Shown: one piece after another, positions 42,101-51,265 of the stretch | Position numbering within the stretch: the first letter of the stretch is position 1 | How the letters are laid out: each line of letters opens with the position of its first letter | Source of the DNA: an uncultured bacterium | GTDB lineage: Bacteria; Planctomycetota; UBA1135; GCA-002686595 | Assembly: GCA_943787795.1 (NCBI GenBank) | Contig: CALSNU010000001.1 | Coordinates: forward strand, 128,001 to 192,000 | Direction: 5' to 3' | DNA: 64,000 nucleotides | The notes under the pieces: model-generated | What the model was told of the DNA's origin: nothing | Databases searched by the model: none | The model's input: the letters and a program-made list of their open reading frames with translations, nothing else | Made by a program: the position numbers and the translations under genes

Positions 42101-42786
42101 TCCAGCTCGAGGCGGGCCCGGATGGCAGCGGCCCAGGCGTTGGCGGCCGCCCTGCCCTCGACCTCGAGCGGGCCCGAGGCCCCCGGCCCCTGAATCGAGA
42201 GCTCGGAGATCTCGATCAGGTCCGACTCGGTCACCAGCCGGAGGTTGCCATCGGAGACCAGGAAGGGTGGGAGCGTGGGGAGCCCGGCGCTCTCGGATGG
42301 CGCCTCGCCACCTCCGAGCGACGTGGTGTCCAGCTCCACCTCGGGCGCGGAGACGGTCACCATCGTGAGGGCCTCGAGGTCCGCGGAGCGGGCGGCGCGC
42401 AGGAGGTCGCCGGTGACGCTCACGGCGTCCGCTCGGGCCTGCCGCAGTGGTCCCTCGGCGTCGATGGGTCGCAGGGAGAGGCCGGTCACCTGGAGCGTCC
42501 CGGTCCAGTCTCCCTCGATCCCCTCCACCGTGACCTCGAAGGGCGTGAAGGCCCGGGTGAGCTCCGGGGTCCACCGAACGAGGAGCGGATGGAGGGTCCT
42601 GTCGCGGGTGAGGTAGAGGGCGACCAGGGCGCCGGCGCCCAGGAGCAGGAGCAGGGCCCCTCGACGGAACCAGCGCCCCGCGAACCCGAGCACCCGTCGG
42701 TGGACCGGCCGGCCTAGCGGCTCGGCGCCCATGGGTTCTTCCGCTGCTTCCACCGCCATCACCGGACGCGCCTGCGCCAGGTGCAA
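39148..42786 (-). CDS. tamB: Translocation/assembly module TamB-like protein
   Basis: N-terminal TM anchor, about 1200 aa of beta-taco-like sequence and a DUF490-type C-terminus; adjacent to the Omp85 gene. Start is uncertain (TTG 42786 or ATG 42759). Confidence 0.8.
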   Translation of the reverse strand: MHLAQARPVMAVEAAEEPMGAEPLGRPVHRRVLGFAGRWFRRGALLLLLGAGALVALYLTRDRTLHPLLVRWTPELTRAFTPFEVTVEGIEGDWTGTLQVTGLSLRPIDAEGPLRQARADAVSVTGDLLRAARSADLEALTMVTVSAPEVELDTTSLGGGEAPSESAGLPTLPPFLVSDGNLRLVTESDLIEISELSIQGPGASGPLEVEGRAAANAWAAAIRARLELDDEALRFEGELLEGLVQDLNLSADRLAGELRDGQLSLSDGRIQVGANRVSLDALVLDLDAPEGLTVGGLVRLDLPRLDELEATLRAARGEAMDGPDIPPPSFFGSVQGTAALSPAPGQIATGALELEGQDIVLAGLQFGTIQAELLASDERLEVTALRASDPGRVAIEGRGNYDLATSSLDDVTLTVRMEDPKVFVPEADFIGQLEADLRLSGPVDAPRGAVRASAARLELGGDRVGSVAVEGTFEGGRLDVTRLNASTDEGELIAGGTVQLPFGDEALAVEVQTLSLRRGTAQLDLASPTTVRFEGEGVQVSDVRLEGPVGALTIWAETGGASGLRAGATATAFEIDAVLEGVLGESGRVGALDGDLFFQRTPLRAEVDATLSGARLAGVEEPVAARMKATWEDGLLRLSEVTTSLKHISLDLSGEAPVNLDGPPLGEGPVRLDAQFRLDANALRGDLIGAAIPDEFAQVASRISGAMAVDLNLAGTWRALTGSGAASLVNVGYVDADGEPLPGLEDPVSGEVAVIIDDGVTLRPSGLVLGDLGVADGSVRVERPLDVVALLEDASPWLDAPLEAQGRFVCEELAWVADLSPEVREAGGTLTFTGRSTGPVRSPTLDGRLTLSEGMLRVRDVPTIENLEFTLAATPSRVVIEQACFDAGAAPVRLTGALDLSTPTPTLALQLMGEEVLLHRSEDAVVRSNIDLLLEGTADALRLSGELALVGGRLRSPVEFQDILASGGSRTPEAVRRGFQLPALGPASVALAVRVTTADPMEIAGRLTRGQVRADLTLSGNLSQPIPSGRLFVDPLEVALPAGTLRFPTGLIRFDPANPEIPQLELIGTTRLAGYDVTVEISGEYDQAVVDFTSYPPLVPDDLVMLVLSGRPPGTARGARAAGQTVALYVARDLVQGWFDSGGFDDRDRDSFVDRLEVVSGQDVSRSGVLTVQATYRLREGLARDRDAVYLVMERDSFEDYNVGLRLVLRLR

Positions 42787-42844
42787 AGGTTAGCGCCGCC
42801 CGGCGCGACCGGGCGGACTATGGCGGAGGGTCTTGGGCCAGCTC

Positions 42845-44671
42845 TCAGGAGGTGTGCGACTCGACCTCGCGGCGCGGCGCGCGAATGGACTCCACCATCT
42901 CTGTCACCGCGGCGGGCGGCGCGGGGGTCACGAGGGTGACGCCGACCGTTACGACCGTGTTCACCAGCACCCCGAGGGCGCCGATCCCCTCTGGAGAGAT
43001 GCCAAACCAGAGCTGGTCGGGGGTGCCGCCGAGGAACTTGAAGTAGACGATGTAGGAAATCGTGAAGCCCAACCCCGCGATCATCCCCAGCACCGCGCCC
43101 GCACCGTTGGTCCGCTTCCAGAAGATGCCCAGCACGATCGCCGGGAAGAAGGACGAGGCCGCGAGCCCGAAGGCGAAGGCGACGACCTGGGCCACGAAGC
43201 CCGGCGGGTGGATGCCCAGGATGCCGGCGACGACGACCGCCACGGCGGCGGCGCTGCGGGCGGCGATCAGCTCTCCGCGCTCCGAGAGGTTGGGCGCGAA
43301 CCCCCGCTTGAGCAGGTCATGGCTGACGGCGGAGGAGACCACGAGCAGCAGGCCTGCGGCGGTGGAGAGGGCGGCTGCGAGGCCGCCCGCGGCGACGAGG
43401 GCGATCACCCAGTTGGGGAGCGCCGCGATCTCCGGGGCGGCGAGGACCATGATGTCCCGGTCCACGTAGAGCTCGTTCTTGTTGTCCGTCGGCGGATTCT
43501 GGAGCAGGCGCTCGCCGTGCTCCCCGCGCCCGAGGGGATCGCCGGGAGCCCCGGAGAAGACGGGCATGACCTTCGCCTGGCCGGGCAGGGCCTCGAAGGC
43601 GGCGCCGGGCCGATACTGCACGCGGCCATCGGCGTTCTTGTCGACCCAGGCGATCAGGTCGGTGTCCTCCCAGTTCTTGAACCAGTCGGGGAGGGGAGCC
43701 TGATCCCCCTGCGCGGCGTCGGCGCGGTAGGGCGCGCCCTCCACGGACTCGATCAGGTTGGTTCGAGAAAACGCGGCCACGGCGGGAGCCGCCGTGTAGA
43801 GGATCGCGATGAAGAGGAGCGCCCAGAAGGCCGAGACGCGGGCGTCGCGCACCCGGGGCACGGTGTAGAAGCGGACGATCACGTGGGGGAGGCCCGCGGT
43901 GCCGACCATCAGGGCCATCGTGATACAGAAGACGTCCAGGGTGGACTTGCTCCCGCTGGTGTAGGCGTCGAAGCCCAGCTCCTTGTGGAGCCCGTCGAGC
44001 TTGGCGAGCAGCGAGGTGCCCGCGCCGACGGCCTCCCCGCCGAAGCCGAGCTGGGGGATCACATTCCCCGTGCTCACGATCGACAGGAAGATCGCGGGGA
44101 CGAGGAAGGCGGTGATGAGCACGCAGTACTGGGCCACCTGGGTGTAGGTGATCCCCTTCATGCCGCCCAGCACGGCGTAGAAGAAGACGATGGCCATCCC
44201 GATCACGACCCCCGTGTTCACGGGCACCTCCAGGAACCGGGAGAAGACCACACCCACGCCGCGCATCTGGCCGGCGACGTAGGTGAAGGAGACGAACAGG
44301 GCGGCGACCACCGCCACGAGGCGCGCCGTGCGGCTGTAGTAGCGATCGCCGATGAAGTCAGGGACCGTGAACTTCCCGAAGCGCCGCAGGTACGGCGCGA
44401 GCAGGAGCGCGAGCAGGACGTACCCGCCGGTCCAGCCCAGGAGGTAGACCGAGCCGTCGTACCCTGTGAAGGAGATGATCCCGGCCATGGACAGGAACGA
44501 CGCCGCTGACATCCAGTCCGCCGCGGTCGCCATGCCGTTGGCGAGGGGGGGGACGCCGCCGCCCGCCACGTAGAACTCGTTCGTGGACCCCGCGCGAGAT
44601 CGGAGCGCGATGAAGATGTAGAGCGCGAAGCTGACGCTGACCAGGAGGTAGGTCCAGGCTTGAACGGTCAT
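42845..44671 (-). CDS. Sodium:solute symporter family (ActP-related) large subunit
   Basis: NGMATAADWMSAASFLS, GWTGGYVLLALL, GTAGLPHVIVRFYTV, AAALSTAAGLLL. Confidence 0.93.
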   Translation of the reverse strand: MTVQAWTYLLVSVSFALYIFIALRSRAGSTNEFYVAGGGVPPLANGMATAADWMSAASFLSMAGIISFTGYDGSVYLLGWTGGYVLLALLLAPYLRRFGKFTVPDFIGDRYYSRTARLVAVVAALFVSFTYVAGQMRGVGVVFSRFLEVPVNTGVVIGMAIVFFYAVLGGMKGITYTQVAQYCVLITAFLVPAIFLSIVSTGNVIPQLGFGGEAVGAGTSLLAKLDGLHKELGFDAYTSGSKSTLDVFCITMALMVGTAGLPHVIVRFYTVPRVRDARVSAFWALLFIAILYTAAPAVAAFSRTNLIESVEGAPYRADAAQGDQAPLPDWFKNWEDTDLIAWVDKNADGRVQYRPGAAFEALPGQAKVMPVFSGAPGDPLGRGEHGERLLQNPPTDNKNELYVDRDIMVLAAPEIAALPNWVIALVAAGGLAAALSTAAGLLLVVSSAVSHDLLKRGFAPNLSERGELIAARSAAAVAVVVAGILGIHPPGFVAQVVAFAFGLAASSFFPAIVLGIFWKRTNGAGAVLGMIAGLGFTISYIVYFKFLGGTPDQLWFGISPEGIGALGVLVNTVVTVGVTLVTPAPPAAVTEMVESIRAPRREVESHTS

Positions 44672-44985
44672 CGGGAGCCCCCCTCGCCGTGGATGGCCGC
44701 TCGCTCGGCGTCGAGCTTCGAGTCAATGCGCGAGGCCAGCAGGACGTACGCCCCGACCAAGGCGACGAAGATCACGATGGCGCCCTGCTGGGCGAACCAG
44801 AACCCGAGGGGGAAGCCCGTCCCGGGGAGCATGTACTGGTCGAGGGTCTCGCGCAGCAGGATGCCGCAGCCGAAGGAGGCTGTGAACCAGATGGAGAGCA
44901 GGGCTGCGATCAGTCGCAGGCTCCGCTGCCAATGCCGCGAGCATGCGGCTCGGTCGCGCTCTTCTTCCGTGGGGTGGTCGGTCAT
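44668..44985 (-). CDS. DUF4212 / SSS-associated small membrane subunit
   Basis: HWQRSLRLIAALLSIWF...GFPLGFWFAQQGAI; ATGA overlap with the symporter gene. Confidence 0.9.
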   Translation of the reverse strand: MTDHPTEEERDRAACSRHWQRSLRLIAALLSIWFTASFGCGILLRETLDQYMLPGTGFPLGFWFAQQGAIVIFVALVGAYVLLASRIDSKLDAERAAIHGEGGSR

Positions 44986-45063
44986 ATGTAAGAGTGTAGG
45001 AAGCCGACGCGGCGACCCTGCCCCTCCGCTGGTGAGGAGGCGCCCCTTCCCCGGGTGAGGCTG

Positions 45064-45130
45064 CGCCCCGATCGCCCCATTCGCCCTGATCGCCTCAGTC
45101 GCCCCATTCGCCCCATTCGCCCCAGTCGCC
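45064..45130. repeat. Degenerate 9-bp tandem repeat (cgccccatt-like) x7
   Basis: cgccccgat, cgccccatt, cgccctgat, cgcctcagt, cgccccatt x2, cgccccagt. Confidence 0.85.
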
Positions 45131-45365
45131 TCGCGCCCCGGTTGCTGGCCGCATGGGCGGGATGTGATGTGAGCCACAGCAGGCTCGGGACAGGTCACGG
45201 AGGGGGAATGCCTTGAAGCTGGGCCCGCCAGCTTCAGGCGAGCGCCATAGACTGAACGAGACGGCGCCGCAGGCGTCCGCCGGTGGCTCTCCACCCCCCC
45301 CAGGAGCCGCCCCACCCCGACTATCGTCCCCCCGCCGGAGCCGCCTTCCCCCCAGGGCCGCGCCT

Positions 45366-48338
45366 ATGAACTCTTCACGATCGCTCCGACCCGGGGCGCT
45401 GCTCCTCCTCGTCTCCCTGCTGGGAGCGCCCTCGATCAACGCCCAGGCGCCGGCGCCGATCGACCTCGAGGGCTTCCAGTGGCGGCCCCTCGGCCCCACC
45501 GGCTTTGGAGGCCGGGTCGTCGATCTCGCGCTCCACCCCGAGCGGCCCCGGAGCCTCTGGGTGGCGAGTGCGTCGGGCGGGCTCTGGTTGACCGAGGACC
45601 ACGGCACCTCATGGCGCTGCCTCTTCGAGCGTGAGGGGACGATCTCCATCGGTGACGTCGCCGTGGACCCCTCGAACCCCGACGTCCTCTGGGTGGGGAC
45701 GGGGGAGGCCAACAACCAGCGCAGCTCGTACTGGGGCGATGGTGTGTACAAGTCCACGGACGGCGGGGAGACGTGGAAGCACGTGGGCCTCGGCGACTCG
45801 CACCACATCGGACGCATCGTCGTGGACCCCGAGAACCCAGACCACGTGTTCGTGGCGGTCCTCGGCCACCTCTACACGCCCAACGAGGAGCGAGGTCTCT
45901 ACCGCACCACCGACGGAGGCGAGACCTGGAGCCGGGTCCTGCGCGTCAGCGAGGACGTCGGCGTGGTGGACGTGGCGATGGACCCCTCCGACGCCAAGCT
46001 CGTCTATGCGGCGTCCTATGAGCGCCGCCGCCGCGCCTGGGACTTCGACGGCAACGGGCCGGGGTCGGGAATCTGGCGATCGGAGGACGGCGGCGCAACG
46101 TTCGAGCGCTGCGCTGGGGGCCTTCCGGAGGGAGACATCGGGCGGATCGGCCTGGATGTCTTCCCGGCGGATGGGCAGGTCATCGCCACTGTTGCGAACC
46201 AGAACGTGGAGGTCGAAGAGCGTGAGCCGCGCCCCGCCTTGGAGGCCGAGTGGAAGGACGGCGGGCTCGTGGTGACCGACGTCGAGCGTCGAGGTGGCGC
46301 CCGCGAGGCCGGGCTGCGCCGCGGCGATGTGATCCGCCGGGTCGGTGACCGGTCGATCGACTCGGCCTTCAAGTGGCTCAAGGTCATGGCGCTCCTCGAG
46401 GCCGACGGCGACGCGGCGAGCGAGCCGGTGGAGGTGACCTACGAGCGCGGTGGTGAGGTGGCCACCGCCACCACGACGCTGGCTGCGCTCCTCGTCTTTC
46501 AACCGGAGCCCCGTGAGCGCCAGGTGGGAGGCGAGGTCTATCGATCCTCAGATCGAGGGGTGACCTGGACCCGGGTGAACGAGAAGCCCGCTGGAGGGAG
46601 CCCTGCGTACTACTACGGTCAGGTCCGCTTCGATCCCAAGGACGACCAGCGCGCCTACATGTGCAGCGTCCCGCTCTACCGCACCGAGGACGGCGGAGCG
46701 ACGTGGGATCGGATCGCGGGCTCCGTCCATGTGGACCACCACGCGGTCCTCGTGGACCCCGCGGACACGAACAAGGTCTGGCTCGGCAACGACGGTGGCC
46801 TGCACGTGTCCTTTGACCGTGGGAGTAGCTGGCAGCACATCAACAACCTGCCCATCTCGCAGTTCTACGCCGTCGGGCTCGACATGTCCGAGCCCTTCCG
46901 CGTGTACGGCGGCACCCAGGACAACGGCACATGGGGCGGGCCGAGCACCTCGCGCGATCCCAAGGGCATTCACCCGTCCGAGTGGGACTACGTGGGCGGC
47001 GGCGACGGCTTCTACGCTCAGATCGATCCCCGGGATCCGAGCACCGTCTACGGCGAGTCCCAGTTCGGCGCCATCTATCGACGGAACATGGTGACGGGCA
47101 CGTCGGTGGGGATCCGCCCCTCCAAGCCCGAGGGCGCTGAGGAGTCGGCCCTGCGCTTCAACTGGAACTCTCCGATCCTGATCTCGGCGCACAACCCCGA
47201 GATCATCTACTTCGGCGGGAACCGGCTGTTCAAGTCCTACGACCGCGGAGACAGCTGGCCGGTACATAGCCCGGACCTGACGTCGAATGACGCCGAGAAG
47301 ATCGCCGGGAACGTGCCCCACTGCACGATCACGACGGTCGCGGAGTCGCCCGTCGACCCCGGGCTGCTGCTCGTGGGTACCGACGATGGCCTCGTCCAGA
47401 TGTCGAGCGACGGCGGGTACGAGTGGTCGAACCTGACCGGTCAGTTCCCCGGTCTCCCCTCAAATTGGTGGGTGAGCCGGGTGACGCTCTCGGCCCACGA
47501 TCGCGGGCGAGCCTTCGCGAGCTTCACCGGCTACCGAGAGGACGACTTCCGACCGCTGGTCTACACCACCGACGAGTTGGGTAGCGGCAAGAGCTGGCGG
47601 CTCATCACCGAGGGGCTCGAGCCCGGCGGGCCCGTCAACGACGTCATCGAAGACCCGGCCAACCCGGACGTGCTCTTCGTGGGGACAGAGCTCGGCGCAT
47701 TCATGAGCTGTGACCGCGGCGCCAGCTGGGTGCGGCTCCAGGGGGGCCTCCCGCGGGTGGCGGTCCATGACCTTGCGCTCCACGATCGTGACGGCGTGTT
47801 GGTCGCGGCCACGCACGGGAGGGGCTTCTGGGCCCTGGACGTGGACGGCCTCCGTGGCCTGTCCAAGGAGGCGCTCGAGGCCCCCGTTCACCTCCTTCCC
47901 GTCGGGGATCTGACGCGCTGGGCGCGCCGGTCGGCCGTGGGGGGATACGGGGGAGGCGACTCCACCTGGCGGGGTCAGAACGAGGCGCGAGATCTGAAGC
48001 TGTGGGTCCACCGACGAGCAGGCGAGGCGTCGATCGCGGTGGAGATCCGCGGTCCAGGCGACGAGTCCGTTGCTCTCATCGAGGTCCCGGCCGGCCCGGG
48101 GCTGCATGGGCTCAGCTGGGACGGCGCGCTGGATCGCGCGGTGGCCAGGCGGCGGGGGCGCGCGCCGGAGGGTCAGTACTCGGCGCAGCTCTCGAGGCTC
48201 TCCGAAGACGAGGACGCCGCCCGCGAGCCTATCGGCGATCGTCGAGTCTTCACGGTCCGCCGGGACCCCATGCTCGACGGCGCTTCGGCGGCTGAGATGG
48301 CGGCGGAAGACGCCGTCGGCTCGTCCGAGCGCCACTAG
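45366..48338 (+). CDS. Secreted VPS10/sortilin-like Asp-box beta-propeller protein with inserted PDZ domain
   Basis: WRPLGP..GGRV, many SxDGGxTW Asp boxes, QFY...GGTQDNG and ATHGRGFW; PDZ-like VVTDVERRGGAREAGLRRGDVIRRV. Confidence 0.88.
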   Translation: MNSSRSLRPGALLLLVSLLGAPSINAQAPAPIDLEGFQWRPLGPTGFGGRVVDLALHPERPRSLWVASASGGLWLTEDHGTSWRCLFEREGTISIGDVAVDPSNPDVLWVGTGEANNQRSSYWGDGVYKSTDGGETWKHVGLGDSHHIGRIVVDPENPDHVFVAVLGHLYTPNEERGLYRTTDGGETWSRVLRVSEDVGVVDVAMDPSDAKLVYAASYERRRRAWDFDGNGPGSGIWRSEDGGATFERCAGGLPEGDIGRIGLDVFPADGQVIATVANQNVEVEEREPRPALEAEWKDGGLVVTDVERRGGAREAGLRRGDVIRRVGDRSIDSAFKWLKVMALLEADGDAASEPVEVTYERGGEVATATTTLAALLVFQPEPRERQVGGEVYRSSDRGVTWTRVNEKPAGGSPAYYYGQVRFDPKDDQRAYMCSVPLYRTEDGGATWDRIAGSVHVDHHAVLVDPADTNKVWLGNDGGLHVSFDRGSSWQHINNLPISQFYAVGLDMSEPFRVYGGTQDNGTWGGPSTSRDPKGIHPSEWDYVGGGDGFYAQIDPRDPSTVYGESQFGAIYRRNMVTGTSVGIRPSKPEGAEESALRFNWNSPILISAHNPEIIYFGGNRLFKSYDRGDSWPVHSPDLTSNDAEKIAGNVPHCTITTVAESPVDPGLLLVGTDDGLVQMSSDGGYEWSNLTGQFPGLPSNWWVSRVTLSAHDRGRAFASFTGYREDDFRPLVYTTDELGSGKSWRLITEGLEPGGPVNDVIEDPANPDVLFVGTELGAFMSCDRGASWVRLQGGLPRVAVHDLALHDRDGVLVAATHGRGFWALDVDGLRGLSKEALEAPVHLLPVGDLTRWARRSAVGGYGGGDSTWRGQNEARDLKLWVHRRAGEASIAVEIRGPGDESVALIEVPAGPGLHGLSWDGALDRAVARRRGRAPEGQYSAQLSRLSEDEDAAREPIGDRRVFTVRRDPMLDGASAAEMAAEDAVGSSERH

Positions 48339-48464
48339 CACCGAGCGCTGCCGATCGCTCGCAGCGGAAGGACCGGTCGACCCCCGTCCGCCGTGCGCGC
48401 CTCGACCTCGGCGGAGGAGGGCGCGCCGGGAGAGCCGAGGCCCCGGTGCCGAACGATCGTCACC

Positions 48465-48640
48465 GTGCCGCCTCTTGTGAGTGCCGCCTCTTGTGGGTGC
48501 TGCCCTCTGTAGGGGCCGCCCGTCGAAGGGACCGCGAGGGACCGCGAGGGACCGGGTTGGCCGAGAGCCGGCCGCTCGTCGAAGTCTGCCAGCGGTCTTC
48601 GGGGCTCGGGGGCTCCGGGGCTCCGGGGCTCCGGGGCGGT
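48465..48640. repeat. Cluster of short tandem repeats (16-bp x3, 10-bp x2.8, 8-bp x4-5)
   Basis: gtgccgcctcttgtg-like at 48465, 48481 and 48497; agggaccgcg at 48527, 48537 and 48547; cggggctc run at about 48600-48640. Confidence 0.8.
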
Positions 48641-49061
48641 GGGGGCTCCGAGCGAGCAGGCCATCGCTCCTTCTCCATCTGCCCCCGCGTCCGCCACCTG
48701 GTGGTTGCGTTCCGCCTGGCTCAGCCCCTCCGCCATGCTGGCGTCATCCTCACATTCAGGTCCGTACAAGTGAGGCCCTCCATCCCCTCCCGGTTGCTCC
48801 ACGGTCGGGCACGCGGTGACCCGTCCGCGGCGCCTGGATGCGCCAAGTTGGCGAATTCGTTCTCGGTGCGTCGGTTGTGTGAGTTCGGTGAAGCGGTGGG
48901 GTGCTTGCATCTTTGCCCAGCGGCCTCCCGAAGCCTGGGGTGCAAGACGGAGCAGGGCGATCCACGCTCGACGCCCCATCTTGAACCCCTCTCGCGGGCC
49001 GCCGCCTGGCCCGCCGACTCCGCATCCAAGCCGGGCTGTCCCAAGCCCAACAGAATCAGCC

Positions 49062-50012
49062 ATGAAACTCACCTTCGCCCTCACCGGTTTCGCTCTCGCC
49101 GCTGCCAGCTTCGCTTCGACCGGCTCCGACGACACCCCCTGCTCCCAGACCTGCAGCTCGACGCCCCGCGCGGCGCTTGCCTCCAACGCCGTGGACGACA
49201 TTGTCACCACCGCGGTCAAGGCCGGCAGCTTCAACACCCTCGCGGCCGCTCTGAAGAGCGCCGAGCTCATTGGCGCGCTGCAGGGAGAGGGCCCGTTCAC
49301 GGTCTTCGCACCGACGGACGCTGCCTTCGCCAAGCTCCCCAAGGGCACCGTTGAGTCCCTCCTCGAGGAGAAGAACCGCGGTGCGCTCACCGGAATCCTG
49401 ACCTACCACGTGGTCGCCGGCGACGTGCGCTCCAAGCAGATCGTCAAGGACAAGCTCACCACCGCCACCACCCTGAACGGTCAGCGCCTTGACATCGTCA
49501 TCGACGAGGGCACCGTCACCATCGACGGCGCCACCGTCGTGACCGCGGACATCGTTTGCTCGAACGGTGTGATCCACGTGATCGACACGGTGATGCTGCC
49601 GCAGTCGAAGAACCTCGCCGAGGTTGCCACGGGTGCGGGCTCCTTCGGGACGCTCCTCGCCGCCGCCAAGGCCGCTGGACTCGTGGACGCGCTGACTAAG
49701 GGCGGCCCCTTCACGGTCTTCGCCCCGACGGACGACGCCTTCGCCAAGCTGCCCGAGGGCACGGTCGCGACGCTTCTCAAGCCGGAGAACAAGGGCCGCC
49801 TCGCCGCGATCTTGAAGCACCACATCGTCTCCGGACGCGTCTACGCTGACCAGGCTGCCAAGCTCGACAAGGCGCCCACCATCGGCGGCACCGAGCTCGC
49901 CATCGCGATCAACAAGGACGGCGCCAAGGTCGGCAACGCCAACATCGTCGCCACCGACATCGAGGCCTCCAACGGCGTCATCCACGTGATCGACACCGTG
50001 CTCCTCCCCTGA
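49062..50012 (+). CDS. Fasciclin (2x FAS1) domain protein
   Basis: Two copies of GPFTVFAPTDxAFAKLP and SNGVIHVIDTV; signal peptide. Confidence 0.96.
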   Translation: MKLTFALTGFALAAASFASTGSDDTPCSQTCSSTPRAALASNAVDDIVTTAVKAGSFNTLAAALKSAELIGALQGEGPFTVFAPTDAAFAKLPKGTVESLLEEKNRGALTGILTYHVVAGDVRSKQIVKDKLTTATTLNGQRLDIVIDEGTVTIDGATVVTADIVCSNGVIHVIDTVMLPQSKNLAEVATGAGSFGTLLAAAKAAGLVDALTKGGPFTVFAPTDDAFAKLPEGTVATLLKPENKGRLAAILKHHIVSGRVYADQAAKLDKAPTIGGTELAIAINKDGAKVGNANIVATDIEASNGVIHVIDTVLLP

Positions 50013-50032
50013 GCATCTGGTCCGCTCGCCAC

Positions 50033-50070
50033 GTGGCCGGCGATCTTCGGATCGCCGGCCACTTTTTCTT
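50033..50070 (+). terminator. Rho-independent terminator after the fasciclin gene
   Basis: gtggccggcgatc-ttcg-gatcgccggccac followed by tttttctt. Confidence 0.9.
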
Positions 50071-50212
50071 GGCGTACTTCGTCGGGCCCGCATCCGGTCG
50101 AGGACGAGGACCGAAGTGCGGGATGTAATGAGTAGAACTGGCTGGGGTCGAGCGCCCGACGCACTCAGGTGCGACGTCCGCTGACATCGGTCATGTCCCC
50201 GGGAAGGGACCC

Positions 50213-50250
50213 AGGCGCCGATCCTCAGTAGAGGGTCGGCGCCTATTTTC
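50213..50250 (+). terminator. Second terminator-like hairpin
   Basis: aggcgccgatcctc-agta-gagggtcggcgcct followed by attttc. Confidence 0.7.
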
Positions 50251-50354
50251 GTTCGGGGCTCAAGCGCGCCCTCATCCCTGGCCGCTGCGGCGCTTGGACG
50301 GGCCGTGTGCAGCGGATGCTGAAGCGATGAGCCGGGGACCCCCTGCCTGCGTGC

Positions 50355-51107
50355 CTAGCGCTCTGCGCGGAGCGTCATGCCGCCTGACTGTCGCAGCTCC
50401 AGGCGGTAGGTCTGGCCTGCACGAGCCTCGACGGACGGCGCCTCGGCCTGGATGGCACGGACCCCGAGCCGCTCGGCGGCCGCCGGATCGTTGGCGTAGT
50501 CCCAGACCCGCTCGAAGAGGTCCTGATAGAGGGGGTCCGGCAGGTCATCGCCCGTGAAGGGCAGAGGGTGTTGATTGACTGAGTCCAGGGCGACGCCCTC
50601 GTCCGGGGCTAGCTCCTCGGAGAACATGCGCTGCAGGAGGCAGATCGAGGTGCCGCGGAGCGGATCCCCTTCCTCCACGTAGGAGTCGCTGAACTTCACG
50701 ACGATACCCTCCACGTAGAGCCTCGTTCCCGGCAGCGTGAACTCCTTGCCAGGCCCGATCGGGCTGCCCTCGGGGTCGAGCTCCGTGAACAGGACCTCGG
50801 TCTGCATCTCACCCGACCCATCCTCCGCCGGGCTCTGTCGCAGCACCTCGATCTGTGCGATTCGATGATCGAGCTGCAGCAGCTGACGGGCCAGCTCGAG
50901 CCGGGAGACCTCGGCCTCCAGGGATGCGACGGCCTCGTCGAGGGCTTCGATGCGCACGGTCTTATGCCCGTTATCCATCTCAAGACGGGCAATTCGGTCG
51001 TCCCGGACCCTCAAGGCCTGCGTGGCCTCGGTGGAACGGTCGTAGAAGATGAAGCTCCAGAAGGCGGCAATGAGGGCGAACGAGCCGAGGACGAGGTTGC
51101 GGACCAT
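50355..51107 (-). CDS. Membrane-anchored coiled-coil hypothetical protein
   Basis: N-terminal TM (LVLGSFALIAAFWSFIFY), a coiled coil, then a globular domain. Confidence 0.75.
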   Translation of the reverse strand: MVRNLVLGSFALIAAFWSFIFYDRSTEATQALRVRDDRIARLEMDNGHKTVRIEALDEAVASLEAEVSRLELARQLLQLDHRIAQIEVLRQSPAEDGSGEMQTEVLFTELDPEGSPIGPGKEFTLPGTRLYVEGIVVKFSDSYVEEGDPLRGTSICLLQRMFSEELAPDEGVALDSVNQHPLPFTGDDLPDPLYQDLFERVWDYANDPAAAERLGVRAIQAEAPSVEARAGQTYRLELRQSGGMTLRAER

Positions 51108-51265
51108 TTTGGGGTGCGGGGTGGACGGGAACTGACCGAAGGGCATTGTAGCGGCCTAGCAGGGCGTATTGGCGGCCCCATGGACCAGCAGGTTTCGTGG
51201 GGATACCGGGCCTGAAGTACCTGTAGCGATCTGCTGTCCAATCCCTGCGTGGCCTAACCAAACCC

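Noticed and set aside
37041..42786. tamB-before-Omp85 gene order as a novelty
   Set aside because: This order is known outside Proteobacteria, so it is not unusual by itself.
48340..49060. Protein-coding gene or IS remnant in the 700-bp gap
   Set aside because: The ORFs are low-complexity and repeat-derived, with no transposase motif or terminal inverted repeats seen.
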